A stretch of 32,000 bases of DNA from Pseudidiomarina andamanensis (lineage in GTDB: Bacteria; Pseudomonadota; Gammaproteobacteria; Enterobacterales; Alteromonadaceae), in the NCBI RefSeq assembly GCF_009734345.1, contig NZ_CP032551.1, positions 750,001 through 782,000 on the forward strand, in the 5' to 3' direction. The position numbers and the translations under genes were made by a program. The notes under the pieces are model-generated. The model was not told the origin of the DNA. It saw only the letters and a program-made list of their open reading frames with translations, and made no database searches. The first letter of the stretch is position 1. Each line of letters starts with the position of its first letter. This document shows, in pieces, positions 9,783-21,577 of the stretch.

Positions 9783-10364
9783 ATGTCTTCTGCGCAGCCG
9801 GATAACCCCGAGCACGCTGCCGAATTACTTGCGAAGATAGCTGCAGAGCAATCACGAGCCGCATTTAGCGAATTATTTCGCTATTTTGCGCCGCGTTTGC
9901 AAGCGTACGCTACCCGCCAATTTGGTAACGAGCAAACCGCCATGGATTTGGTTCAGGAAACCATGACCAACGTTTGGCACAAAGCCCACTTGTTCAAACC
10001 TGACCGAGGCTCAGCGGCTACTTGGATATTTACCATTGCACGTAACATTCGCTTCGATTTGTTACGTAAAAATAAGCATCGCCAAAACGATTTGAGTGCA
10101 GACGATTTGTGGCCTGTATTAGCCGAAACAAACGACTCACTTGATGATGATTATGCACTCGACAATGATTTACTTATGCAGCAACTCGCTGTGTATTGTG
10201 AGCAATTACCGAAAGCACAACGGACAGTGATTGAGCTTATTTATATTGAGGGTAAATCGCAGCAAGAAGTTGCTGATGCCCTTGAAATTCCGTTGGGTAC
10301 GGTGAAATCGCGCACCCGTTTAGCATTACAGAAATTGAAAGAGTTGATACAGCACGATGATTAA
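9783..10364 (+). CDS. rpoE: ECF (sigma-24 family) RNA polymerase sigma factor, RpoE/ChrR-partner type
   Basis: Region 2 (DLVQETMTNVWHKAHLF) and region 4 HTH (QQEVADALEIPLGTVKSRTRLAL). There is an 8-nt overlap with the anti-sigma gene. An alternative upstream ATG exists at 9744. Confidence 0.88.
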   Translation: MSSAQPDNPEHAAELLAKIAAEQSRAAFSELFRYFAPRLQAYATRQFGNEQTAMDLVQETMTNVWHKAHLFKPDRGSAATWIFTIARNIRFDLLRKNKHRQNDLSADDLWPVLAETNDSLDDDYALDNDLLMQQLAVYCEQLPKAQRTVIELIYIEGKSQQEVADALEIPLGTVKSRTRLALQKLKELIQHDD

Positions 10365-11028
10365 ATTCCACCCTTCAGAACAGCACTTGGTTCTATATAC
10401 CGCTGGCGAACTCAGCCCTGCCATGTTGATGATGGTTGGAACCCACGTGGATATGTGTCCGAAATGCCAAGCGCATGTGCAAGACATTGAACAGCACATG
10501 GCAGCGAAGCTATTTGGTGAAACTGAAACGGCAAACATTGTTCACGGGTTCGATGAGCAAGCTATGTTGCAAAGCATTTTCAGTTCTCAGTCACCTGCAG
10601 GATCTGCTGCGCCGGCTGCTAACGATAGTCTCTTTTTAGAAGGTCAGCGTTTTGCCCTACCACCAACGTTAGCACGTAATTCGCATCGTATTGGTGAGTG
10701 GAGTCGTTTGCCGGGTAAACTTTGGCGTGCGCCGGTACGTGTCGGTGGCGAAGAGATGCTGAACTTCATTTACATGGGTGAACGTGCATCGTTACCGGAG
10801 CATACGCACAAAGGCAACGAAGCAACCTTGGTGGTGAATGGCGTGTTTAACGATGAGCACAATGAATATCGTGATGGCGACTTTATGTTGCTTGATGATC
10901 ATCATAAGCATTCACCAGCCACGCAAGATCATGACTGCTTGACCATTGCGGCGCTTGAAGGCCCGCTGCATTTCACAACCGGTTTAAGCCGACTGTTGAA
11001 CCCTTTCAGTAGTTTGTTCTTCAAATAG
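10357..11028 (+). CDS. chrR: ChrR-type zinc anti-sigma factor with C-terminal cupin domain
   Basis: ZAS motif HVDMCPKC (HxxxCxxC). Cupin-like segment HTHKGNEATLVVNGVF...DGDFMLLDDHHKH. Confidence 0.88.
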   Translation: MIKFHPSEQHLVLYTAGELSPAMLMMVGTHVDMCPKCQAHVQDIEQHMAAKLFGETETANIVHGFDEQAMLQSIFSSQSPAGSAAPAANDSLFLEGQRFALPPTLARNSHRIGEWSRLPGKLWRAPVRVGGEEMLNFIYMGERASLPEHTHKGNEATLVVNGVFNDEHNEYRDGDFMLLDDHHKHSPATQDHDCLTIAALEGPLHFTTGLSRLLNPFSSLFFK

Positions 11029-11041
11029 AACGCGTAGATAC

Positions 11042-11071
11042 AAAAAGGCCGCTTCGTTAGCGGCCTTTTTT
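11042..11071. terminator. Bidirectional rho-independent terminator between chrR and ihfA
   Basis: Stem GGCCGC (11047-11052) / GCGGCC (11060-11065), flanked by an A-run and a T-run. Confidence 0.8.
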
Positions 11072-11083
11072 ATTGCTTAGCGT

Positions 11084-11374
11084 TTACTTTTTCGCAGTGC
11101 TGACGCGTTGTTTCAGCTTCTGACCAGGACGGAATGTTACCACCCGTCGCGCAGAAATAGGAATATCTTCACCGGTTTTCGGGTTCCGTCCCGGTCGTTG
11201 GTTTTTCGTGCGAAGTTCGAAATTACCGAAGCCCGATAATTTCACTTCCTCACCGCTTTCCAACGCACGTCTAATTTCCTCAAAGAAGTTCTCGACCAGA
11301 TCTTTTGCATCACTTTTGTTCAAACCAAATTTCTCAAACAAATGCTCAGCCATTTCTGCTTTGGTCAGCGCCAT
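11084..11374 (-). CDS. ihfA: Integration host factor alpha subunit
   Basis: Near-canonical IHF-alpha sequence ([13 protein letters not shown]...[27 protein letters not shown]). Confidence 0.97.
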   Translation of the reverse strand: MALTKAEMAEHLFEKFGLNKSDAKDLVENFFEEIRRALESGEEVKLSGFGNFELRTKNQRPGRNPKTGEDIPISARRVVTFRPGQKLKQRVSTAKK

Positions 11375-11377
11375 AGC

Positions 11378-13765
11378 TTACTCCCTTAGGGTTGCCCCGA
11401 ATTCAGATGTTAGCATCTCCACAACCGTCTTCACGGCTGCATTGATTTCATTGTCTTCAAGAGTGCGCTCAGGATGCTGCAATGTCAACGACAGTGCTAA
11501 ACTGCGATGACCTTCAGCTACCCCAGCCCCTTGATATACATCGAATAAGTTTAGGTCAACTAAATGATTTACGCCAATATTTTCAATTGCTGCGAAAATT
11601 TCTCCAGCGGCAACCGAGTCGTTCACCACAATCGCGAGATCACGACGAATTGATGGATACTTCGAAATTGGCTGCGCCTGCGGAACAGTTCGCTTAGCAA
11701 TCGCATTGAGTTCAAGTTCAAACACGAAGGTACGGCCATTTAGGCCAAGCTTCTTCTCGAATTGGGGATGCACTGCGCCCACGTACCCGACACGTTTCTC
11801 GCCACGGAAAATTGCAGCTGATTGGCCTGGGTGCAAGGCTGGGTGTTGATCCGCAACAAAACGGAACTCATGCGCGGCGCCAGTTAATGCAAGCAATGCC
11901 TCAACATCACCTTTGATATCGTAAAAATCAACCGCACGCTCACCATCGCTCCAGTGTTCCGGATAAGCTTTACCTGCACGAACACCCGCAATCATCGGCT
12001 GCTGTACCACGCCATTCTCAGCTTTCTCATCAGGCAAGAATCGCAAACCGGTTTCACAGAATGCTAAGCTTTGTTGTTGACGTTTTTGGTTGTGTGCCAC
12101 TGCACCAATCAAACCCGGCCATAAGCTGACGCGCATGGAAGACATCTCAACCGAAATTGGGAACGGCAATGTTAACGCAGCCGTTTCATCAAACAACATG
12201 GCTTGATGTTTCGGGTCAACAAAGCTGTAGGTAATCGCTTCTTGATACCCACGATCAATTAACGTGCGCTTCATGCCACCTGCGCTAAGCTGCGCTTCTT
12301 GGCGTGGAATCATACGCAGTTGCGCTGCTGGTGCCGCCGCTTGAATACGGTGATACCCATAAATACGAGCAACTTCTTCAATCAAATCTTCTTCAATGCT
12401 GATATCGAAACGGAAAGTCGGTACTGTCACATTCCAACCAGAATCTGTGGTGATCACCACAAATCCTAGACGTTTCAGAATTTCAGTCACTTCTTCAGTG
12501 GCAATACGAATACCAAGCACGCGCTCTAAACGCTCAGCACGCAAGGTGACATGCGCAGCTTCTGGCAAATGCTCAACACTGACGGCCTCAACAATTGGGC
12601 CAGCTTCGCCGCCACAAATCTCGAGTAATAATGCTGTCGCACGTTCCATGGCGGTACGTTGCAATTCAGGGTCAACACCACGCTCGTAACGGTGTGATGC
12701 GTCAGTATGCAAGCCGAAGCGGCGGGCACGGCCAGCAATCGCATCAGGGCTGAAGAAAGCACTCTCTAGGAACACGTTTTTCGTGGTTTCAGTCACACCA
12801 CTACCTTCGCCACCGAAAATACCAGCCATGGCGAGCGGTTTTTGTTCATCAGCAATCACGAGTACGTCGTTTTGTAGGGTGACTTCGTTACCATCAAGTA
12901 ACGTCAGTTTTTCTTCTGCCTTCGCCATACGCACATGCACAGCGCCTTCTAACTTGTCGTTATCAAAGGCATGCATAGGGTGACCGAGTTCTAACAATAC
13001 GTAGTTGGTAATATCAACAACTGGGTCAATGCTACGAATACCACTACGACGCAAGCGTTCTTGCAACCACAACGGTGAGCTCGCGCTGACGTTCACGTTA
13101 CGAACCACACGGCCTAAATAACGCGGACACGCCGCAGGTGCATCAAGCACTACCGCACGCTCTTCGTCATGAGCTGCAGGCACAGACTTAATTTCTGGCT
13201 CAGTCACTTCCAAACGGTTTAATACGCCCACTTCACGCGCGATACCACGCAAACCTAAGCAATCAGCACGGTTTGGGGTTAAATCAACGTCCAAAACCAC
13301 ATCATTGAGGTCTAAATACTCACGATAATCCATGCCTACCGGCGCATCTAACGGCAATTCAATAATGCCGTCGTGATCATCACTTAAACCTAACTCTGAG
13401 CTTGAACAAAGCATACCGTGTGACGGTTGGCCACGCAGTTTCGCTTTTTTAATTTTGAAGTCAACTGGCAATACCGCACCAACAGTTGCCACAGCAACTT
13501 TCAGGCCTAGGCGGCAGTTTGGCGCGCCACAGACAATTGTCGCCAACTCATCAGCGCCAACATTCACTTCGGTCACTTGTAACTTATCGGCGTCTGGGTG
13601 TTGCCAGCATTTCACAACTTCACCAACAACCACACCAGAAAACACTTCAGCCACTGGCTCAATGCCGTCCACTTCGAGACCGGCCATGCTTAATTGTTCA
13701 GATAACGCCACGCTATCTAGCGCAGGATTCACCCAGGTACGTAACCACTGTTCACTAAATTTCAT
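11378..13765 (-). CDS. pheT: Phenylalanine--tRNA ligase beta subunit
   Basis: 795 aa with [14 protein letters not shown] at the N-terminus. Synteny pheS-pheT-ihfA. Confidence 0.97.
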   Translation of the reverse strand: MKFSEQWLRTWVNPALDSVALSEQLSMAGLEVDGIEPVAEVFSGVVVGEVVKCWQHPDADKLQVTEVNVGADELATIVCGAPNCRLGLKVAVATVGAVLPVDFKIKKAKLRGQPSHGMLCSSSELGLSDDHDGIIELPLDAPVGMDYREYLDLNDVVLDVDLTPNRADCLGLRGIAREVGVLNRLEVTEPEIKSVPAAHDEERAVVLDAPAACPRYLGRVVRNVNVSASSPLWLQERLRRSGIRSIDPVVDITNYVLLELGHPMHAFDNDKLEGAVHVRMAKAEEKLTLLDGNEVTLQNDVLVIADEQKPLAMAGIFGGEGSGVTETTKNVFLESAFFSPDAIAGRARRFGLHTDASHRYERGVDPELQRTAMERATALLLEICGGEAGPIVEAVSVEHLPEAAHVTLRAERLERVLGIRIATEEVTEILKRLGFVVITTDSGWNVTVPTFRFDISIEEDLIEEVARIYGYHRIQAAAPAAQLRMIPRQEAQLSAGGMKRTLIDRGYQEAITYSFVDPKHQAMLFDETAALTLPFPISVEMSSMRVSLWPGLIGAVAHNQKRQQQSLAFCETGLRFLPDEKAENGVVQQPMIAGVRAGKAYPEHWSDGERAVDFYDIKGDVEALLALTGAAHEFRFVADQHPALHPGQSAAIFRGEKRVGYVGAVHPQFEKKLGLNGRTFVFELELNAIAKRTVPQAQPISKYPSIRRDLAIVVNDSVAAGEIFAAIENIGVNHLVDLNLFDVYQGAGVAEGHRSLALSLTLQHPERTLEDNEINAAVKTVVEMLTSEFGATLRE

Positions 13766-13781
13766 CTGCTTACCCGGCTAA

Positions 13782-14774
<993 letters not shown>

Positions 14775-14844
14775 TTATGACCCGTGCGGTTTCACGATGA
14801 TTTTTCAAAACTAAATAAAGTGCTCAATGATACCGAAAAAGCAC

Positions 14845-14874
14845 AAAAAAAGGGAGCAGTTACGCTCCCTTTTT
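14845..14874 (-). terminator. Rho-independent terminator after rplT (upstream of pheS)
   Basis: Stem GGGAGC / GCTCCC (14852-14857 / 14864-14869), followed on the minus strand by a 7-T run. Confidence 0.75.
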
Positions 14875-14890
14875 CAACTTTTCAACCTGC

Positions 14891-15244
14891 TTACAGAGAG
14901 CCTTTCGCTTTCTCTACCAAGGCAGCAAAACCGTTTTGGTCATGAACTGCGATGTCAGCAAGGATTTTACGATCGATTTCTACAGATGCTTTTTTCAAGC
15001 CATTGATAAAGCGGCTGTAAGACAAACCGTTTTGACGCGCTGCAGCGTTGATACGAACAATCCACAATTGACGGAATTGACGTTTCTTCGCACGGCGGTC
15101 GCGGTATGCGTACTGACCTGCTTTGATAACTGCTTGCTTCGCTACGCGATAAACGCGTGAACGAGCACCATAATAACCTTTCGCCTGCTTCAGGACTTTC
15201 TTGTGACGCGCACGCGCGATCACACCACGTTTTACTCGTGCCAT
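14891..15244 (-). CDS. rplT: 50S ribosomal protein L20
   Basis: [30 protein letters not shown] is canonical L20. Confidence 0.98.
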   Translation of the reverse strand: MARVKRGVIARARHKKVLKQAKGYYGARSRVYRVAKQAVIKAGQYAYRDRRAKKRQFRQLWIVRINAAARQNGLSYSRFINGLKKASVEIDRKILADIAVHDQNGFAALVEKAKGSL

Positions 15245-15260
15245 TTGCTATCTCCTTCCC

Positions 15261-15458
15261 TTACGCGAATGGTAACATACGCTGAACTAAGCCAACATCA
15301 GACTCGTGCACCATGCTTTTCGCACGTAGGTGACGCTTCCGCTTTGAGCTCTTTTTGGTCAGGATGTGACGCAAATGAGACTGTTTACATTTGAAGCCGC
15401 CTGAAGCGGTTTTCTTAAAGCGCTTAGATGCGCCTTTCTTGGATTTCATTTTCGGCAT
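15261..15458 (-). CDS. rpmI: 50S ribosomal protein L35
   Basis: [23 protein letters not shown] is canonical L35. Confidence 0.97.
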   Translation of the reverse strand: MPKMKSKKGASKRFKKTASGGFKCKQSHLRHILTKKSSKRKRHLRAKSMVHESDVGLVQRMLPFA

Positions 15459-15551
15459 GAAAATTACTCCGCATTGTTAATTAAAAGTGTAACAGGGTGA
15501 GTTTGGTTCTTACTTGTTCAAGTAAAAAACCGCCCTACTTGTGAACCACAG

Positions 15552-16094
15552 TTACTTCTTAGCAGGGGCCAGAACCATAATCATCTGGCGACCCTCAGCA
15601 CGTCTTGGGAACGATTCGCAAGTTGAAATTTCGGCTAGGTCATTCTTAATGCGCTCTAGCAGTTCGATACCCAACTCTTGATGTGCCATTTCCCGGCCAC
15701 GGAAACGGATAGTGACTTTCGTTTTGTCACCTCCCTCCAGAAAGCGAGTCAGGTTGCGCAGTTTTACCTGATAATCGCCCTCGTCAGTTCCAGGACGGAA
15801 TTTAACTTCCTTCACCTGAATCTGTTTCTGGTTTTTCTTTTGCTCTTTCGCGTTCTTAGCTTTCTCGTAGAGGAACTTACCATAATCCATCAGACGACAA
15901 ACCGGTGGCTCCGCATTTGGGCTAATTTCCACCAGATCAACACCAGCCTCTTCGGCTGCAGTAAGAGCTTCTTGAATACCTACGACGCCAATCTGTTCAC
16001 CTTCAACCCCAATGAGTCGTACTTCATTGACGCGAATTTCTTCGTTGATCCGATTTTTGTCACCAGCTTTCTGAGTTCTTTTTCCGCCTTTAAT
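15552..16094 (-). CDS. infC: Translation initiation factor IF-3, initiating at AUU
   Basis: The ATG-based ORF (15552-15932) lacks the IF3 N-domain. The same frame stays open up to ATT at 16092-16094, preceded by GGAGG. Its translation [29 protein letters not shown] matches the E. coli IF3 N-terminus (MKGGKR...RINGEIR..EVRL). Confidence 0.92.
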   Translation of the reverse strand: MKGGKRTQKAGDKNRINEEIRVNEVRLIGVEGEQIGVVGIQEALTAAEEAGVDLVEISPNAEPPVCRLMDYGKFLYEKAKNAKEQKKNQKQIQVKEVKFRPGTDEGDYQVKLRNLTRFLEGGDKTKVTIRFRGREMAHQELGIELLERIKNDLAEISTCESFPRRAEGRQMIMVLAPAKK

Positions 16095-16113
16095 GGGTCA
16101 TTCCTCCAGTCAA

Positions 16114-18030
16114 TTAACTAATTTTGCGGCTGTTTACTTCGTCGCTGAGCTCGGCAATAAATTGCTGTAGCCCTTTAACACCATGGTCTTCACCACGACG
16201 AGTACGCACCGCAACCGCCTGGTTTTCGACTTCTTTATCGCCGACAACCAATAAGTATGGAACACGTTTTAGAGTGTGCTCGCGGATTTTAAAGCCTATT
16301 TTCTCATTTCTCAAGTCAGCAATGGCTCTAAATCCAAGTTTATTCAATTCTTTTACTGTTTTGATGGCATAATCGCGCTGATTATCCGTAATATTCATCA
16401 CCACAACCTGCGTTGGCGCCAACCAAGTCGGGAAATATCCCGCATATTCTTCAATGATGATACCCATGAAGCGCTCAAGTGAGCCCAAAATAGCACGGTG
16501 AATCATCACCGGCGTGTGACGCTCGTTATCTTCGCCCACATAAGTCGCACCTAAACGACCTGGTAACGCGAAATCGAGCTGCACAGTACCGCACTGCCAT
16601 GCACGACCTAAACAGTCATGCAGGGTAAATTCAATTTTCGGACCATAGAACGCGCCCTCACCTGGCAAGTATTCAAACTCGATGCCGTTGTTCTTCAACG
16701 CATCAGCCAACGCTTGCTCAGCATGATCCCAAGTGGCGTCATCGCCCAAACGCTTCTCTGGACGCGTTGATAGTTTCACCACAATGTTGTCGAAACCAAA
16801 GGTTTTATAGGTTTCGTACACCATTTTAATACAGCCACTTACTTCTTCTTGTACTTGTGCATCAGTACAGAAAATGTGCGCATCGTCTTGCGTGAAGCCA
16901 CGTACACGCATCAAACCATGCAATGCACCTGACGGCTCATTCCGGTGACACGAGCCGAACTCGGCCATACGCAACGGTAAATCACGGTACGATTTCAACC
17001 CTTGGTTGAAAATCTGCACGTGCCCCGGACAGTTCATTGGCTTAATCGCGTATTCGCGATTTTCCGATGCGGTGGTAAACATCAGCTCTGAGAACTTCTC
17101 CCAGTGGCCAGAACGTTCCCACAGCACACGGTCCATCATCAACGGACCTTTGACTTCCTGATACTGATACTCGCGTAATTTCTCGCGAATAAAACGTTCA
17201 AGTTCTAAGAACACTGCCCAACCATTGTTGTGCCAGAACACCATGCCTGGTGCTTCTTCTTGCCAATGGAACAAGTCTTGCGTTTTACCAATTTTACGGT
17301 GATCGCGTTTTTCAGCTTCTTCTAAGCGCTGCAAATACGCTTTCAATTGTTTCTTGTCAGCCCACGCGGTGCCGTAAACACGCTGCAACATTTTGTTGTC
17401 AGATTTACCACGCCAGTATGCACCTGCCACCTTCATGATTTTGAAGTGCTGACAAAAACGCATGTTCGGCACGTGCGGTCCACGACACATGTCGACGTAT
17501 TCTTCGTGATGATACAAACCCGGACGATCGTCGCGGCTAATATCATCATCTAAAATTTCAATTTTATACGGTTCATGGCGGCTCACGAACGTTTCACGGG
17601 CTTCAGCCCAGCTCACCTTCTTCTTCACCACATCGTATTCAGTTTTTGCCAGCTCAAGCATACGCTTTTCGAGCGCTTGCAAATCATCTGCAGTTAACGT
17701 GTGCTCCATATCAACGTCATAATAAAAACCGTTATCGATAACCGGACCAATCGCCATTTTTACATCTGGGAACATTTGCTTCAGGGCATGGCCTAGCAAA
17801 TGCGCACAGCTGTGACGAATGATGTGTACACCATCGTCGTCTTTTGGCGTGATGATCTGAACAGTCGCATCATCGGTAATTAAGTCACAAGCGTCTGCCA
17901 ATTCACCGTTTATACGCCCTGCCACAGTCGCTTTGGCTAAACCAGGGCCAATATCTTGGGCAACGTCGAGAATAGAAACAGGCTTGTCGAATGAACGTTT
18001 ACTTCCGTCGGGGAGCGTTACTACAGGCAT
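16114..18030 (-). CDS. thrS: Threonine--tRNA ligase
   Basis: 638 aa starting [10 protein letters not shown], with class II motifs. Synteny thrS-infC. Confidence 0.98.
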   Translation of the reverse strand: MPVVTLPDGSKRSFDKPVSILDVAQDIGPGLAKATVAGRINGELADACDLITDDATVQIITPKDDDGVHIIRHSCAHLLGHALKQMFPDVKMAIGPVIDNGFYYDVDMEHTLTADDLQALEKRMLELAKTEYDVVKKKVSWAEARETFVSRHEPYKIEILDDDISRDDRPGLYHHEEYVDMCRGPHVPNMRFCQHFKIMKVAGAYWRGKSDNKMLQRVYGTAWADKKQLKAYLQRLEEAEKRDHRKIGKTQDLFHWQEEAPGMVFWHNNGWAVFLELERFIREKLREYQYQEVKGPLMMDRVLWERSGHWEKFSELMFTTASENREYAIKPMNCPGHVQIFNQGLKSYRDLPLRMAEFGSCHRNEPSGALHGLMRVRGFTQDDAHIFCTDAQVQEEVSGCIKMVYETYKTFGFDNIVVKLSTRPEKRLGDDATWDHAEQALADALKNNGIEFEYLPGEGAFYGPKIEFTLHDCLGRAWQCGTVQLDFALPGRLGATYVGEDNERHTPVMIHRAILGSLERFMGIIIEEYAGYFPTWLAPTQVVVMNITDNQRDYAIKTVKELNKLGFRAIADLRNEKIGFKIREHTLKRVPYLLVVGDKEVENQAVAVRTRRGEDHGVKGLQQFIAELSDEVNSRKIS

Positions 18031-18104
18031 TATTTTCTGTCCTTTTTACAGTGGTGGCACCTACCAAGTGTCACTTGTTATTTTGAAAGGCCACACTATA
18101 GCGT

Positions 18105-19022
18105 ATGATGCCCGCCATGGAAACCCTAACCGCCACAATCATTGGCCCTCTGGCCGCATTAACCGCTGCGTTATTCTGGGCGCTGGCGACCCTTTTATAT
18201 AGCCAAGCCGGCAGTTATTTGTCGGCTGCTCAACTGAATCTGGTGAAAGGCATCGTCGCTTGCCCATTGTTGGTGCTGGCTGGTTGGTTTACCGGTCAGC
18301 TGTTAGCGATTGAAGGCAACCTTGCCACGTACCTGCTACTCGCGAGCGGCGTTATCGGTATAACGCTCGGTGATACCCTGTATTTCGCTGCATTGCGCCG
18401 GCTCGGGCCATGGCACACCATGTTATTGGAATACCTCGCGCCACCATTTGCAGCATTACTGGCTTGGCTACTGCTAGCGCAAGGCATGCGCTGGTTCGAA
18501 GTGGTTGCTGCTTTGGTCATTATTAGCGGTATTTTTGTGGTTATCAGTGAAAAACCGAAAAGTGCCGAGCGCGTGCAACTGAATATGAGCGGCGTTGCCG
18601 CTGGCGTTGGTGCCGCACTTTGCCAAGCCTTAGGCCTCGTCATGTCGTTTCATGCGTTGCAAGAATTTGAAATGAGCCCCCTAAATGCGGCGTTGCTGCG
18701 ATTGCTTGCCGGCACCTTTGCGTTAACCATTGCCTTACTTCTTTTAAAACCCAGCTTGATTCAATCCACCCGCTCAGCGCTGCGGCATACGTCTATTCCA
18801 TGGCTACTTGTGGCAATTGTCATGGGTACCTTTTTGGCCATTTGGTTACAGCAAACCGCCATTGCTTATATCAACCCAGGCCTTGCACAAACCTTGCTCG
18901 CCACAGCGCCGTTGTGGCTTATTCCCATTCAATGGTTTCGGGGCCAACCGTTATCAGCCCGAAGCATCTTCGGAGCACTTATTGCCGTAGGCGGCATCGC
19001 ACTGTTATTTGGAATTCAATAA
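18105..19022 (+). CDS. DMT superfamily (EamA-like) transporter
   Basis: About 10 hydrophobic helices arranged as two EamA-like halves. Confidence 0.8.
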   Translation: MMPAMETLTATIIGPLAALTAALFWALATLLYSQAGSYLSAAQLNLVKGIVACPLLVLAGWFTGQLLAIEGNLATYLLLASGVIGITLGDTLYFAALRRLGPWHTMLLEYLAPPFAALLAWLLLAQGMRWFEVVAALVIISGIFVVISEKPKSAERVQLNMSGVAAGVGAALCQALGLVMSFHALQEFEMSPLNAALLRLLAGTFALTIALLLLKPSLIQSTRSALRHTSIPWLLVAIVMGTFLAIWLQQTAIAYINPGLAQTLLATAPLWLIPIQWFRGQPLSARSIFGALIAVGGIALLFGIQ

Positions 19023-19132
19023 GTTAGGTTTTTCGTACGCACAATTGCGTTAAATTCGAGTGAACTTCCAAGCAAAATCTCAGTTCTAAGCCATACTCAA
19101 AGGTAGTTACTGAACAGCACTTGGAGGTATTC

Positions 19133-19342
19133 ATGAACGCCGACAAACTGTATGACGCCGGCTTACGCTGCCCCTACTGCGGGCACCACGTTCACGTGAG
19201 TATTGACGCCTCAGCAGGCGATCAAGATTATCAAGATGAATGCCGCGCCTGCGGCGCCGACATTCACTTGTTAGTGAAACTCGATGAGGTTAACGATAAG
19301 ATTTTTGTTCGCGTCGCGAGCGACGACGAAAATTTCTATTAA
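19133..19342 (+). CDS. CPXCG-motif cysteine-rich (zinc-ribbon) small protein
   Basis: CPYCG...CRACG cysteine pairs. ATG at 19133 is preceded by GGAGG, so the upstream TTG start of the track ORF at 19121 is unlikely. Confidence 0.75.
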   Translation: MNADKLYDAGLRCPYCGHHVHVSIDASAGDQDYQDECRACGADIHLLVKLDEVNDKIFVRVASDDENFY

Positions 19343-19950
19343 TCTGCCGCCGCTGCGCGTTGATTCAACACCCGTTCTACGGTTTCAACAATGGTCATGG
19401 TTTGTTGATCAAATTCAAGATTGACAGTGTCAGCGTGTTCCAAATTGGTTAAACGCAGTGTTTCTGGAATTAAATGTAAGCTAAAACGGTTACTTTCAAC
19501 CTGCCCAACCGTCAAACTCGCACCGTTGACACTGATAAAGCCCTTCGCCAATACATAAGGCTTGAACTGTTCAGGAAACTCAATCCAAAGCGCCAAGTTG
19601 TCAGTGCTCCGCTCACGTTTCACAATGGCGCCAGTGCAATGAATATGGCCTGACACATAATGCCCACCCATTTCATCGCCAACTTTTAGCGACCGCTCAA
19701 AGTTAACTTTATCACCCACAGCTAATCCACCAAGGTTGGTAAGCCGTAAGGTTTCATCAATAATGTCGAAATTCACAGTGGTTTCAGTAAATGCCACCAC
19801 GGTTAAACAGCAACCGTTAATTGCAATACTCGCGCCAAGCGCCACGTTGTGCAAATGTTCAGGTGAAACTTCAACAGTCAGCTGGCGAAAGTTGTCGCGG
19901 TCGTGCAACTGGGCAACCGTTGCTTGAGTTTGTACAATTCCAGTAAACAT
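19339..19950 (-). CDS. ribE: Riboflavin synthase (alpha chain)
   Basis: MFTGIVQ start and two lumazine-binding repeats (SIAINGCCLTV, ISVNGASLTV). Confidence 0.93.
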   Translation of the reverse strand: MFTGIVQTQATVAQLHDRDNFRQLTVEVSPEHLHNVALGASIAINGCCLTVVAFTETTVNFDIIDETLRLTNLGGLAVGDKVNFERSLKVGDEMGGHYVSGHIHCTGAIVKRERSTDNLALWIEFPEQFKPYVLAKGFISVNGASLTVGQVESNRFSLHLIPETLRLTNLEHADTVNLEFDQQTMTIVETVERVLNQRAAAAD

Positions 19951-19974
19951 ACTTTCTCTTTTAAGGCTTTGTGA

Positions 19975-21042
19975 ATGACACAGATTGTAACGCTAAAACA
20001 ACGTATTGGCTACGCTGCAACAGCGAGCTTAACGATTATAGCTTTACTTGCATTAGCAGCCTGTAGCCCTGCTCCCAGCGGCTTGTCGCAGCTTCATGAT
20101 TATCAGCAACGGGTTGCCAATACCTTGGCGCGTGACGCCATTTCATATCAACCACAACCGCCGCAACAAATTCCCGCGACGCGCGAGTTACGCCTCACCA
20201 TTCCGCAACTGCAAATATCTTTGCTAGACTCCATGCGCCTTGACGCTTGCCGTGCAGGTACGCTTATTGCTGAACGCAACAGCTCACTCGGACGACTGAC
20301 TAGCGGTGTGATGCGCTATTACCATGACCGACAGTTGCTCGATGCGTTATATGACTGCGCTGAGCAATTAAAAACGAGTGAGCCGGAGCTTGCGCAGCGC
20401 GTACTTGAACAAGCGAAAGCGAAGCAAACCATGATGCCATTATTACGGATGCAGGCGATTATCTCCGACGATAGTTTGAGCAATGCGTTGAGTACAGCAG
20501 ACCGAGCCCTGCCTGCAGCCGAAGGCGCAAATTTTGCGCCGATACTTCAGGCACTCAATGTGGTGTTAAAAGTATTAAATAACGAATCTGAACTACCCGC
20601 AGAGAACCAGCTCGAACAAGCACTTGAAGCCCTCGACAAAAGCCCTTATTTAGGCCAATTGTGGCGGGCACTGTTTGATAACCAACAGTACCTACAACAA
20701 CTCAACCCCCTGGTGTTAAATATAAGCGCTGAAGCTGGTTGCTTAAGTAAAGGCGTACCCGAACGAGCGCGTGTATTGCGACAGGTGTTTATTGCTCGCT
20801 TTAGCGGACCCGTCCAGCAGCATATTAGTGCCTTGGTGCGGCATGCTCAGCAACTTGATGACTATTTTGAAGCGTTGTATGCCGGTTCGGAACTACTACA
20901 GACCCAACCAGCACTAGTAACGTGGAATGACTATCTGCAGCATCTTGCCACATTGGATGATCAACTCGTTACAGAAACCCGTAACCACGTTGAATATTGG
21001 CAACAATTATTTACTGACTGTGAGTTTACGCCGGGCGCATAA
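19975..21042 (+). CDS. Conserved hypothetical lipoprotein (DUF3080-like)
   Basis: Lipobox LALAAC after a hydrophobic N-terminus. The family name is recalled, not verified. Confidence 0.6.
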   Translation: MTQIVTLKQRIGYAATASLTIIALLALAACSPAPSGLSQLHDYQQRVANTLARDAISYQPQPPQQIPATRELRLTIPQLQISLLDSMRLDACRAGTLIAERNSSLGRLTSGVMRYYHDRQLLDALYDCAEQLKTSEPELAQRVLEQAKAKQTMMPLLRMQAIISDDSLSNALSTADRALPAAEGANFAPILQALNVVLKVLNNESELPAENQLEQALEALDKSPYLGQLWRALFDNQQYLQQLNPLVLNISAEAGCLSKGVPERARVLRQVFIARFSGPVQQHISALVRHAQQLDDYFEALYAGSELLQTQPALVTWNDYLQHLATLDDQLVTETRNHVEYWQQLFTDCEFTPGA

Positions 21043-21099
21043 TTAGAGAAGAAGCAGGCACAAACAGTTGGCGACACCGACAAAAAATGGTAATTTGTT

Positions 21100-21118
21100 G
21101 ATAACGATTCTCATTAAC
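21100..21118. promoter_or_regulatory. Fur-box-like operator
   Basis: GATAACGATTCTCATTAAC matches the 19-nt Fur consensus GATAATGATAATCATTATC at 15/19 positions. It ends 30 nt upstream of the 21149 ORF start. Confidence 0.45.
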
Positions 21119-21148
21119 GAACCTGAATTTCGCTTTTAAGGAGCACCT

Positions 21149-21577
21149 ATGAAACTTTTACCCATTGCTAGCGCTATTGCACTTTCTTTGGCATTCATCG
21201 CAACGCCTGTTGTCGCGCACGATCACGGCAAAAAAGATCATAAACACGAAGAGCAAGAGCGTCCTGACCATTACAAAGGCAAGCCGTCAGAAAACCTTGT
21301 TCAAGCACTGAACAACTTGCGCGAGTACAACAAGCTTTTGAATGCTGAACTGCAAGGCGAACTAACGCCGCAGAAAATGGCAGAAATTCATCAGTTAACC
21401 TATACCCTTGAGCGTGCGCTTGAGCGTCTTGACCATGAAGTGGATGAAATGAAAGAAGTGTTGGAAGAAGTTCATTTAGGCTCTGAGCGCATGGAACTGG
21501 ATAAAGTGAAGAAAAATGGCGCGAAGTATCTCGAAGCCTCAAACAAGATTGTTGAAGCTGGCCGAGCGCACAAATAA
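21149..21577 (+). CDS. Secreted helical protein with His-rich N-terminus
   Basis: Signal peptide (ALSLAFIATPVVA), then HDHGKKDHKHEEQERPDH. The stop overlaps the MoxR start (TAATG). Confidence 0.7.
   Translation: MKLLPIASAIALSLAFIATPVVAHDHGKKDHKHEEQERPDHYKGKPSENLVQALNNLREYNKLLNAELQGELTPQKMAEIHQLTYTLERALERLDHEVDEMKEVLEEVHLGSERMELDKVKKNGAKYLEASNKIVEAGRAHK

Noticed and set aside
13455-13781. Plus-strand ORFs inside pheT, pheS and thrS (for example 13455-13781, 14491-14814, 16124-16372, 17933-18202)
   Set aside because: They lie fully antisense to strongly conserved aminoacyl-tRNA synthetase genes. Their translations are low-complexity (Ser/Thr/Ala/Pro rich).
15510-15525. Short palindrome TTACTTG-TT-CAAGTAA between infC and rpmI as an L20 operator or terminator
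   Set aside because: The loop is too tight and no T-run follows on the coding strand. The L20-binding pseudoknot cannot be evaluated by eye, so it is left unannotated.
15678-16121. 147-aa plus-strand ORF filling the apparent gap between infC and thrS
   Set aside because: The gap is actually the AUU-initiated N-terminal domain of IF3 on the minus strand.
19023-19030. GTTAGGT right after the DMT transporter stop, resembling an attC/attI core
   Set aside because: It is an isolated heptamer. There is no inverted partner or attC-type dyad nearby, and it lies in a core-genome context.
19951-19974. FMN riboswitch upstream of riboflavin synthase
   Set aside because: Only 24 bp separate ribE from the divergent lipoprotein gene, which leaves no room for an FMN aptamer.
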